From positions 204,182,640 through 204,246,639 of the forward strand of contig NC_090942.1 in assembly GCF_040807025.1 (NCBI RefSeq): a DNA stretch of 64,000 bases. Reading direction: 5' to 3'. The stretch comes from Struthio camelus. Lineage: Eukaryota. The stretch's first letter is position 1; every line of letters starts with the position of its first letter. The notes below the pieces were generated by a model. That model did not search any database, was not told where the DNA came from, and saw only the letters and a list, made by a program, of their open reading frames with translations. A program made the position numbers and the translations under genes. Below are positions 54,029 to 64,000 of the stretch, in pieces.

Positions 54029-54169
54029 CTTTTCAGCTGCATGTATCAATGCAGTTGTTCCATTCTTCTGTCTACCATTTACTTTAGCTCCTTTTCTGAT
54101 TAGGACCCGGAGAAGGTCATCATGCCCACCTGCAGCAGCAAGCATTACTAGGGTCATTCCACTTGAGTC
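54029..54169 (-). CDS. MPHOSPH8: MPP8 exon: ankyrin repeat (DSSGMTLVMLAAAGGHDDLLRVLIRKGAKVNGRQKNGTTALIHAAEK)
   Basis: Acceptor tgttgttgcag| and donor AAG|gttggt. 47 codons, almost identical to human MPP8. Confidence 0.9.
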
Positions 54170-55337
54170 CTGCAACAACAATTGCCATAAATCAAAGCTG
54201 CAGAACAAATTGCAAACGCGTCAAGAGATTTCACCAAAAAACAAACAAAAAAGGTCCAAACAAAAGAATTCACACATACATAACGACAAGACACTGACAA
54301 TCTATCAGCTCCTACTTCTCTTCTTCTACAGGCCTTACTGTGAGCCCCATAACCCACAAAACATTTAATATTCTGAAGAGCAGAGCAACAAGAAAGATCA
54401 GAATGGTATTTGAGGGTGGGAAAACCACAAGACTGTAGAAGAACTGGCAGCCGTCCAAGAAAAGAAAACAAAACAAAAACCCACAAAAACGTCTCCATTC
54501 CTTGATCCCTAATGAAGACAATAGCTCAAATTTATTTAAAAACAAAACACCCCAAGACAACTTATATTCAGGTACTCTACATTCAGAAACAAAAGGGTTT
54601 TTTTCATTTTTGTGGGCTTAAGTCAGCTACTATCACAAAGCTGCTTTCAGATTTAATCCAAGTATAAATATGAAGAGATCTCCGAGTGGCCAGTCTCCTC
54701 ATTCTTGCATTTTCCACCAGATACTACAGTTCAAAAATCACGTACTTGCCTCAGTAATTCACTTGACACCTTTACTGCTACCCAACAGAAGTTTTAGCAT
54801 GATTTATGGTCAAAATGTTACATAACATAAGTAAACAAGATCACCAGTTAAAATGCAAGTGTAAGATTTTAATTCTCAGAATTTCCTTTGAAAGGATCTC
54901 AAAAGATCCTTGAAAGAAAAAAACAATTAGAGCACAGCGCAGATGAAGCAGCAGCAGAAATCAAATTTCAAATGGAGTGAAGCGGTCCCGTCAGCCAAAC
55001 AGAACATTCTATTTCTGTTTGCTTGTATAGATATTTTTCTATTTTAGTCACTTGACCTGCCAGATTTCATCATACCTCATACCATGTAGAGTCCTACATT
55101 TAATATTCAGTTAAATCCACCAGGCAACTCTGTTGCTAATCTGGCTATTGGGATACTTTTGTCAAGCTTTACTTTTTCTTTAGAAGAAATGAGGAACAAA
55201 TATTGAAACCTCAAATTCTACTCTGCCTTTTCTCTTGTGCTTATGTTCACAAGGTGAGACAGGAATCTGCTACTTGCAAGGGAGGGGAAAATCTTTTAAA
55301 ATATTCTAAATTTGTGTTGTATTTTTTCAATAATTTG

Positions 55338-55351
55338 CCCCCCCCCCCCCC
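55338..55351. repeat. C14 homopolymer (G14 on the minus strand) at intron positions +12..+25 after MPP8 exon 55363-55451
   Basis: Visible directly. Confidence 0.9.
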
Positions 55352-55362
55352 AGAAGAATTAC

Positions 55363-55451
55363 CTCTTGATCTAGATTGTATTCTTCATTTGACGAAAGAG
55401 CCATCTTCACTGTCATATAATCTCCATTTTTAACAGCATCCCTCAGGAGAG
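55363..55451 (-). CDS. MPHOSPH8: MPP8 exon (TLLRDAVKNGDYMTVKMALSSNEEYNLDQE), start of ankyrin region
   Basis: Acceptor tttattttacag| and donor GAG|gtaatt. Matches human NVLRDAVKNGDYITVKVALNSNEEYNLDQE. Confidence 0.9.
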
Positions 55452-55537
55452 CTGTAAAATAAATTTAATAAAGATATAGGATATTTCTCTTCGAAATGAC
55501 AGATAAGAAATATCCCTTCCTCCCAGCAACTACTCAC

Positions 55538-55663
55538 TACTTGATATCGGTTCTGTTGAGACATGATTCTCATCTTCTCCATCAAGATGCTTCTGAAAGT
55601 CTTCTAGTGTCAGCCATTCTAACTGCATGTCCATACCCAAACTCAAGACTTGTTGCTTGCCAT
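55538..55663 (-). CDS. MPHOSPH8: MPP8 exon (DGKQQVLSLGMDMQLEWLTLEDFQKHLDGEDENHVSTEPISS)
   Basis: Acceptor aaatcaaatatatgatag| and donor A|gtgagtag. Matches human DGRQQILSLGMDLQLEWMKLEDFQKHLDGKDENF.... Confidence 0.9.
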
Positions 55664-55774
55664 CTATCATATATTTGATTTTATAGAAGAAAACCATAAA
55701 ATAAGTAACAAGTAACTAATAAATTGCCAACTCATTCACTGCTTGCCACTCCTTCAATGATCGGCAGTGCGACC

Positions 55775-55799
55775 TTTTTTTTTTTTTTTTTTTTTTTTT
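55775..55799. repeat. T25 homopolymer (MPP8 intron)
   Basis: Visible directly. Confidence 0.9.
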
Positions 55800-56176
55800 C
55801 ATTCAAATTAACTCCGAAATTCAGTGCGGAATGGCTCCAAATAATGAAGGCTACATTACAGAGAGACATAAAATGCAAGTTAAAAAAAATGGGGGAGGGG
55901 AGGGTGCAACTGCCAACAGTAAGTTTTTGCTTGAAACCACCCATTCATTTGGTCTAAGAAACTAGGCTGAAGCGTTCACAAATGATGAACGCTCCATTAC
56001 TGTAACAGGAAAAACATAGTGCATACTATGAAAAATTATCAGCGAAATTTAAATAAAAACATTGTTTGAGCCTCCCATGAGACAAGAACTGGAGCACCAA
56101 AAGACGTAACTAGGAGCGGAGAAAAAAATTAAATGCAAGTGCTCAAATTTCCCTTAGGTTTGTCACTACTGCTCAC

Positions 56177-56428
56177 CAGAGTTCTCCTCCATTTGACACA
56201 CATCCACTACTTCTCGATCACCTTCTGCAGCAATGTAAGTCCATGTATCTGTCTCGTCTCTTATACTCCTCCTTTCCTTGTACACCTTGCTGTCTTTTGA
56301 TTTTAATTCTTCCACAAATTTATAGTCTAGACAAGATTCTTCTCTTTTACGGTTATTCTCAGAATATTCATTTTTTTCCTCTGAAGCTACATTAAACAAG
56401 TCAAATGCACTTTTGATGTCCTTATAGC
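56177..56428 (-). CDS. MPHOSPH8: MPP8 exon (SYKDIKSAFDLFNVASEEKNEYSENNRKREE...TDTWTYIAAEGDREVVDVCQMEENS)
   Basis: Acceptor tttaaactatattctag| and donor G|gtgagcag. Matches human TLKEIRNAFDLFKLTPEEKNDVSENNRKREE...DETDTWAYIAAEGDQEVLDSVCQADENS. Confidence 0.9.
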
Positions 56429-57548
56429 CTAGAATATAGTTTAAAGACAGATACCAAGAGTGATTATTTGAGTCACTATTGCATCATGAAGTCTGAGTAA
56501 GTGACTAGAGTCCATTTTAAAAAGCCTACTCCCTTTTCAGAGGTTAATCATTGTTTAAGCACGGCAATAAGCTTAATAGCATAAACCAAAATTAGAGAGA
56601 GCTAGTTTGCCTTCGGCTACCTTGGCAACTCTTGAGTTGATTGCGGTGAACACAGTACTATCTTCTCTTTAAAAGAAAAATATTAATTTAGAATTATGCA
56701 TAAATCAATACTTTGAAAATATCATTCAATATTTCTGATGAATGTACAAAGGACACATGCTATGTAAAGAACAATAAGTATTCAGTCTGTTTGTCGATTC
56801 TTTTTTTAAGCATTGTAAATATCTATTCTACTTCAAGTGAAAGATTTTTCCGTAATAGCAGCCATTTGGCACACCATAGTTCTTCCTACACCCATTCATA
56901 ATCAAAAAGTGGAGTTACCTAGTCTCCCCCTCAATTCATCATCAGAGTAGTAAAAAAATGTATCCTGAATAAAACCACCCAGAATTTTGCTGAGATCAGG
57001 AGTGGTAACGTTAATATTGCACTATACTACTTAGAATTGAAGTAACAGGCACACAACCTAGACGTTTTTCTTCACATTTCAGAGCATCTTGTTTTGGTGA
57101 TACTGTAAGGCTTACACAATATAACTCATCCTCGTGGCTAAAGCAAGAGGCAAGAAACCCACCTCAAGGGAAACCACCACCTTCTCTAAACATACATAGT
57201 GCAAATTCATTGCATTGTCAATACACCACTGAAAATGGTCAAGAGTTAGATGAATTCCTCCAAAAAGATTATCATCACCAGCATAACGTGGAAGCATAGT
57301 TGACAATACCAAATGAAAAAGGGCAAGATCTTGAGTTGTCTATGAAAACTCGAGATTACTTTCATGCTTCATACTCTTAACATACCAACAAAGCCATTAA
57401 ATAGCAGACTTCTGCTTGCTAAAAATAAAAGCAGAAATTGATGTTTCTGATGTGCATTACAGAAACACACAATTCTGCTCTGGTGGAAATAAGAGGAGTA
57501 TGCCCCAAATGGCCTTTCCCTTCTCTCTTTTAAGCAACTGGCACTTAC

Positions 57549-57645
57549 TTTTTAGGCCCTTTTGTTCTCTTCTGCTCTTCTCTTCCTTCTCAGACTCTTT
57601 TTTTTGTGATTTTTCTTTTGTTTCATTTTTCTTTACTTCTTTCTC
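57549..57645 (-). CDS. MPHOSPH8: MPP8 exon (EKEVKKNETKEKSQKKESEKEEKSRREQKGLK)
   Basis: Acceptor ttttttttatgacag| and donor A|gtaagtgcc. 97 nt, phase 0 in and phase 1 out. Matches human EDKETKRNESKEKYQKRHDSDKEEKGRKEPKGLK. Confidence 0.85.
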
Positions 57646-60600
57646 CTGTCATAAAAAAAAAAAAATTAAAGTGGTGGAGGAAAAAAAGAACCTCCTTTTA
57701 CCACTCAAATGAGACCATACACTTAGAATTAGCACTACTCAAAACTGCACGTAACACTTGCGGACACGCCCAAAAATTAAACTGGTCACAGTGGAGTTAT
57801 TCTGTGAAGGCTTCTCAAGTAAGAGAACAGATGCCATTTCTAAAATAAAAGGATAAGGCTTCAATTCTTACTTTCACAGCATCTCAGCCATGCAAGGTGC
57901 TTTATGGCATGAGATGCAGATATACCAAAACCAGCTTACATTTAAAATTAGACTACATCACAACTCGCCAAACTGAGAACAAAAAACCTGCAAAGACAAA
58001 AAACAACAGGAAACCTATTCTACTTAACAACACAGGTCTTAAACGTTAGTTGTAGCTTCATTTGTGAGTAGTTAGCAGGTAGAAACTAATACTCTCTGTT
58101 AGTGGCATTCTCTTTACTGTAACTGAGATAACTGAACTCCCATCATACTAAGGCTACAAAATAAGGAAGTATGAATAAATATCTGAAATATTTAAGTGAC
58201 TGCAAGTATTTATTTACTGGAAGAAAATTTAAAATTATGAACTTAATTTATTTGTTCTGAAAGCTTAACCTGAATAGAACAGAAATACCGAAGAGTTCTT
58301 AGCACCTTCATAGCATTGTACTCAAAGTAGTTATGACAACACTGGCTTCAACTGTAACTGAGAACACTAGATATTTGTACACATAAGGTTCTAGGTTTCC
58401 CAACTTACACATGAAGAAAATCGTGGCAACAGTAATTTCTTAAAAAGGGACAATCACAAAAAAAAAAATCCACCAAAAATATTGCACCCACACAAAAGAC
58501 TGAATTTAGCAATATCCAGTATTACAAGAGGACTTCATGGCAGATATGGAGATATAATCAAATCCACCAGAATAAAACTCAACTACCTCCACCAAAGGCT
58601 GCCCTTCTCCTCCTATGAGCCTCTCTCTACATTCAGCTCGCACATTCTGGGACATGGCTTTGTGTCAGCCCGACACTACCTTCTATGTGCAATTGCATGG
58701 ACTTTGTGAAAAACCACCATCAAAAGAAACCCCCAAAAGACCTACAGACTATTAATTTAACCTTAAATGTTACCATTTTCTAGACACAGGACAAACTTGA
58801 ATTAAAACTGAAAAAGTTAATATAACATAACATGTTAGCAGAACTGAGACATTTAATCCTTCTCCTCCCTCCCCATCCAAAACCCCAGCTTTTGATCACT
58901 AACATGGTTAACGAGTAGCACAGATAGCTGTTATTCCCTGTACATGCTCAGTAATTAGGAGGAGATAAAAATTCACCAAAGGGATTACCAGATACTTACT
59001 AAACAGAAGAGCTGCTAAAAACAGTAATCTTGAATTCTATTCCAGATTTTAGATATCAATTAGATTCATAACATACCCTACATGTTTATTTTTGGAGCCA
59101 AATCAAAGAGAAAGCTTCAACATATGGAATAACTTCAAACAGAGAATGTTATATTATAAATTGACATGACAGTATTCTGTGATCAGCTAAATAAGGAAGG
59201 ACGTGTAGTTGAAACACGTGAAATGATAATACCTGGAATAAATAATCTATTTGGGAAAATAACTTAGTGAAGTTAAAATAAAACAAAAAAAACCCCACCA
59301 TACAAAAACAAAACACTCCTAAGGCCCCCACCAACCCACCCACATAACGAGTCCACAGCTGCTCTGCAGAATAACCAGTTACAGAAAACTTTGTTCGAGT
59401 TTCCTACAGAAATCGAGCAAAGAGCAGACTGTCTTCTGCTTCCCTGGCACATCCAATCTACAGCAGCTCCAGGAATGCAACCATAAGAAAGACCTACAGC
59501 TTACTGACGGTGCTGTGCTCGCTGAAAAGTCACAAGCAGACACATTTTCATCTGATTTTTTTCATGTTTGGGGAGACAGGATTTTTATATCGCTGGTAAA
59601 TAAAACAGAACTCCAAAGATGCAGAAATCAGTGATTATAATCAGATATTTCTAATGAATACTATTGCCTCAAACCATGATAAAAATACTTGGAATAAGAA
59701 AAGGCCATGCAATTTCAGGAATTAATATACTCGGGAGAGTTATTTAAATAACTTTTTGAGACGTGGCTATGCCTCATAGCTATTGCTTAGCCTTGTTTAC
59801 AAGAGCTTTCACCATTAAGCTCCAGCAAAATAATATTTTACGGAGTAATTCTGGAGTACAACTACATGTAACATTTCTATTCTCTATCCAAAAATCAATT
59901 TGCTTATGCTTAACGTGGCCTACTCTATACATACAACAGTCTTAAGCAGAGGACCACAGCTGAACCTACAGAAATGAAACACTTGCTGCCATGGAAGTAT
60001 GACCTCAGGAAAGCAGAATGCAATCTAGTAAGTTTCAAGGTATTTTGGCTGCAATCCTGTTATAAATCAGAAAGTGGTTTCCTCTGTGCAGCCAACAAAA
60101 TTTTTGAAACTGCAAACTGTATTAGGGCATTTTCAAGCAGCTGAAAATTTTTTTTTCCCCCCGAAAGTATCTTTTCCTCAGAAATATTCTAGAAATATTG
60201 CTTCAATTTTTTCCATACCTACACATTTTTTTTTCTTTTACCACCCCATTTTTCTGAAAACAATATTGTCCTCAGTGGATAAAGATAAGAAATACGCTAA
60301 CCAGTGACTGGATTACTTAGAGCCTATACGACATTTGTAATCAATACAGAATCAAGTCATGAAACTAAGCATCTTGTATATACACCACAGAAATTCTGGC
60401 AAGACAAGCCACCTGCACAGTTACCTGGGAGACCTGAGTTCAGAAGCAATTTCAGCATTCCAGTTCTTAGGTAGGTGCTGACTGATTGACTTTTGAGAAA
60501 GATCAAGTGTTCGTCTTACCTCAGAAGTGCACTTCGCTGTGCAACGCTGGATGAATAGTCGCTAGAAGAATGAATGCCTTACCGTACAAGCAGACTATAC

Positions 60601-61094
60601 AAGTGGAAAGAAGTCAAACTGAAGCATTTGTGGAAGGCAGGGGAAACAAGAGGCTAAAAGTAACAGTACATATTTGCAGAACCAGTAAATTTCATGTTGA
60701 GTAAATAAACATAACAAGCAGGATAAATTCTTACTTTTCTGGACACTTGGAAAAAAACTGATTATATATAAGCTTGGTTTTGGAATACAACTTTAAGATC
60801 ACCTCTGATAATGTGCCTCTTTCCTTCAATACCTTGTATCCACTCAGATCACATTTAAAGACACTCTTCTCTCCTAAGGTGTTCCCTCCTTCATAGTGTT
60901 CAGAATCCAGAAATTTTTCAGTCTCTCCCCACAGACTGCACAGGGGGTCTTACCTTTCTTTTCTTTCTCATAAACTTTCCAACTTGTATTTTTCTCTTAG
61001 AAACCAGAAACAGCAGCCTACGTCCCTCAAGTATCTGCCTGAGGTAAACATCCACCTTTCCTCCCCTGCTCCCTGATGCGTTGACATTGCTTAC

Positions 61095-61949
61095 CTCCCC
61101 AGCTGAATCGGTTGATTTGCGTCCTCTTTCATCAGTGCCCAATTTTAAGCCTTTCTGCACCAGTGCAGGAACAGGTGACACTTTCTCCACCTCCGCAGCA
61201 ACTATTTTTACTTTTTCTTGACTTTTTTGCCTTTTGTGCATGCTTTTCTTCTCTAAATAGGTATCCTTAGTCTCCACTTTTCTACCTTCCTCTTTATAAT
61301 CTTCAACTTTCTGAAGTTTTTTCTTCTTTCTTTTAACCTTAACTTCAATACTATCATCTTCATTACTTGCTGATCCATCAAGATGCCTATCAGATATTGA
61401 ATCCTTCTCAGCAATTTCTTGTTCCAGCCTCTCCTTTCCACTTTTTACCTTTTGCTTCTCCCCTTTATTTTCAGAATATAAGTCTGAATTTTCATTATCA
61501 GCTCCTTGAGAAAATGCATCATCTAAAGTACTTGATTCCGAGTCAAACTGAAGGTCTCCATGCTTCTCCTTCCGTGATTTTTTATTTTCTTTAGAGTCCT
61601 CTTTAGATTTTAGTTTTAAATCTTTAGTTTCTCCCTTCTTTTTCTTGACTTCTTTAGTGTCTTCTTTCTTTTGCTTCTTTGGATCTTTTGAATCCTCCCT
61701 GCTTTCTGAAGTCCTTTTTTTCGGTTTTGAATCCGAAACCAAACTATCTGAAGAATTTTCACGTTCTATTCTGGGTTTTTCTTTGAGTTTTGCAGACTTA
61801 GACTTTTTCTTCCTCAGATCATCTGGGCTTCTATCCTCTCCATCTTTCGACTTTTTCTTTTTCTTCTTTGGTGAAACATCTTCTTTTGTTTCACTTTGCC
61901 AGTCACTGTCAGATTCTGCTTCAAACACATCATCATTTAGAGAAAGTTT
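61095..61949 (-). CDS. MPHOSPH8: MPP8 exon: 855-bp K/E/S/D-rich low-complexity linker
   Basis: Acceptor ttttttttccctacattatag| and donor GAG|gtaagc. Encodes KLSLNDDVFEAESDSDWQSETKEDVSPKKKKKKSKDGEDRSPDDLRKKK...RGRKSTDSAGE, parallel to human RLSLNNDIFEANSDSDQQSETKEDTSPKKKKKK...WSTDSAEE. The ORF track's 60918..61928 ORF is the same frame run through both splice sites. Confidence 0.9.
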
Positions 61950-62870
61950 CTATAATGTAGGGAAAAAAAAAAAGATTTATTTCCCCATTAAGCCGTATAA
62001 CTTAAGTGTAAACAAAAATGAAACCCACAGAGATTATGATTACAAGTAGTGAGGATGAGGGGAAAAAGTCAACGTCTTTAAACACTGCAAACATCATTCT
62101 TCATTGCCAAATTGTAGAATTGTAATGTTTATGAATTGCATCTCATTTACCTAAATCACACTAGTAACTGCTTGAAACAGAATCAACACATGAGCAAACT
62201 AGATCAACCAGACTCCCAGAGCCAGATACCGGAAAAGAACTCAATCTGACTCTCTTCGACATCAAAACCAATTAACTTGATTTTGAAAAATTATCTACAG
62301 CTTTCCCAGAAGTTGGGTACAAGCTTTCAAAAAAAGATTCTTAATCATGATTTTGAAGCTAATCGAACAGTTCTTTAAAAAAAAAAAAAAAAAGGCTACA
62401 TGCTTTACTCTTGCAATTAATTTTTTTTCCTTTACTCCCGCCTCATCTAATTCAAGATTTAACAAGCAAAAGCCATCATCTTCTTCCATATGAAGCAGAA
62501 AGGGGAACTGAGCAAAGCATCCAGCTTCAGGAATACAACAATGTATGTGTGGAAAGGGAAAGGCGGCTGCTTATGTTGTTGGAACACCAATAAAAATGAT
62601 CATCTATTACTTACATAGTCCCATTAAACACCAAAATAAAGGTGAGATGGATTTAGAGTCTGTAAGTGAACTCGTCAATTCAAACAAATTCCCTAAACAC
62701 AGAGCAGCAGAAATACTCAGTTTCACCTGAAGCACAAAACACTTTCAGACTGGAGAGATTTAAATCTTCCCTAATTCCATATCCAGTGCCGTCCTTTCTC
62801 CCTCCTGCCATTACCAGAGCCTAGATGGGGAAGATGCCTTCAATATACAATACCAAAAGGTGAAACACAC

Positions 62871-63027
62871 CTGTATGTCCTTTTTAACAGGTTTAGGCTT
62901 ATTGTCCACAATTTTTTTTCTGAATTCAAGCAGCACTTCTTTGCAGTCTTCCAAATGAATCTCTGGTTCCCAGGTATCATCATCAGAGGTGTATCCCTTC
63001 CATCGTACTTTGTAGAGAATTTTACCC
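62871..63027 (-). CDS. MPHOSPH8: MPP8 exon: chromodomain (C-terminal two thirds)
   Basis: Minus-strand acceptor cgtcgtttttacag| and donor CAG|gtgtgt. Encodes GKILYKVRWKGYTSDDDTWEPEIHLEDCKEVLLEFRKKIVDNKPKPVKKDIQ, the MPP8 chromodomain signature. Confidence 0.9.
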
Positions 63028-64000
63028 TGTAAAAACGACGACAAGAGCAGCAACATTTCATACACACAACACAGCACAGTATTGCTCTGTCTACTCATTC
63101 TTGTGGATCTCGGTGGATAAATCACTTGACATATATGAGAATGAATTTTAATGAGTTCAACCTGAAGTCGACATAAGAATTTCTTCCATTATTTCTATCA
63201 GCATCATGTACTGAACTAGAGAGGTGTTAAAACACTTCAGAAGTCAGTGGTTTTATCCAAAATATTTGTAGTATCTGAAATTTCTTCAGAAAAAGCAGCA
63301 GCAGTGAACAGATCATACAGCCCCAGTCATTTTAGCAATAGATTTTTTGACAGCTGCAAAACTAAATGTTAATATTTTTAACTTTTAATATTACTGCTAT
63401 AAAAATTTCAAGATTGAATTGCTTCTTTTTGCTGAAAAGTTATGCAAAATCTAACGATCAATAATGCAGTCATACCATTCATTTGATTTTATAATGGAAT
63501 TTGTAACTTAGGCTAGATTTGTAGTCAGTGCAGCTCCTGATAAACTGAAATACCAACAGTCAGGAAAAAAACGGGGTCCTTCAACTAAATCTTGACAAAA
63601 CCCGAATTTCTGTGTTTCAACAGAGTTGCTCTTGATGATTTCAGTAAAGATTACATACCACAGCCCTAGGCCAGTTATTTCAATGGTATTTAACCTCCCT
63701 ATAGGAAAAAATGTAACTTTTATTCTCTCTCTCCCGTTTTTTCACTAGGTTAGAAAGTCTTTTACCATTAAAAAACAAAAGAAAACAAAACCTAAAAATT
63801 TCTACCAAATCACCTCTTGCCCTTTTCCTGAATAATTTAAGTAGTCTGCATTCTTACGTCTCTCAGCACAGACTCATTTTCCTGCTGAGAGACAATTCTT
63901 ATTAGCTTGGACTCAACGTAATCCTAACTTTGCCAGACAAGTTGCAACTCACAGCCTTCTGCACCAAGCTTGACTGAAAAGCACTGGCAGACACGTCCTA

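Larger units (their letters stand above)
43850..64000 (-). other. MPHOSPH8: MPHOSPH8 (MPP8) gene, all but the 5'-most exon(s); 3' UTR end not determined
   Basis: 13 consecutive minus-strand exons with canonical splice sites and consistent phases encode chromodomain, K/E/S/D-rich linker, four ankyrin repeats and a conserved C-terminus. Each exon is listed separately. Confidence 0.85.

Noticed and set aside
53982-54498. Plus-strand ORF 53982..54368 (128 aa) and minus-strand ORFs 54154..54498 and 54312..54560
   Set aside because: They overlap the real minus-strand ankyrin exon at 54029-54169 in the wrong frame or strand, or extend through its splice sites. They are track artefacts.
60918-61928. 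The 336-aa minus-strand ORF as a single uninterrupted coding region starting at a GTG 'M'
   Set aside because: The true exon is 61095-61949, bounded by an acceptor upstream of the annotated start and by a GAG|gtaagc donor. The last 58 codons of the ORF are intronic read-through, and the 'M' is an internal Val codon.
1-64000. Possibility of a prokaryotic, phage or defence-island system suggested by the task framing
   Set aside because: There is no gene-dense operon structure. Recognisable exons have canonical GT-AG introns of kilobase size, a CR1 LINE is present, and homopolymer and microsatellite tracts are abundant. This is ordinary vertebrate genic DNA.

Overview
This window is vertebrate nuclear DNA, almost certainly avian: it carries chicken-type CR1 LINE copies and is AT-rich with long introns and many homopolymer and microsatellite tracts. 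It is not a prokaryotic or accessory island. The six-frame ORF track uses bacterial-style TTG/GTG starts and is mostly noise here.

Two convergently transcribed genes occupy the window.
- **PSPC1, plus strand.** The last three coding exons are at 6956-7013, 10884-11053 and 14848-15033. The protein ends ...[21 protein letters not shown].
- **MPHOSPH8 (MPP8), minus strand.** 13 consecutive coding exons run from the chromodomain exon (62871-63027), through the 855-bp K/E/S/D-rich exon and the ankyrin-repeat exons, down to the terminal exon encoding VKLLIGAYRVQLQ* (45322-45363). The 5' exon(s) lie beyond 64000.

The roughly 29-kb segment between the two 3' ends holds two adjacent same-strand CR1 fragments. 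The older, degraded copy is at about 38935-39650. The younger 5'-truncated copy (39651-41388) retains an uninterrupted 561-codon ORF2 reverse-transcriptase reading frame and the diagnostic ATTCTGTG-type 3' terminal octamers.

Other content:
- many simple repeats: (CT)n, a compound C19(CA)n tract, and T25-T30 tracts;
- a roughly 150-bp segment duplicated with a ~190-bp period in the last PSPC1 intron;
- a few GC-elevated blocks of unknown, probably repeat, origin.

I see no evidence of a novel biological system. The points worth a second look are listed as findings: the CR1 arrangement, G/A homopolymers abutting MPP8 splice donors, a strongly flanked 77-nt pseudo or poison exon, and several decoy ORFs. 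All gene identifications rest on my reading of the translated exons against remembered protein sequences. No database search was run.
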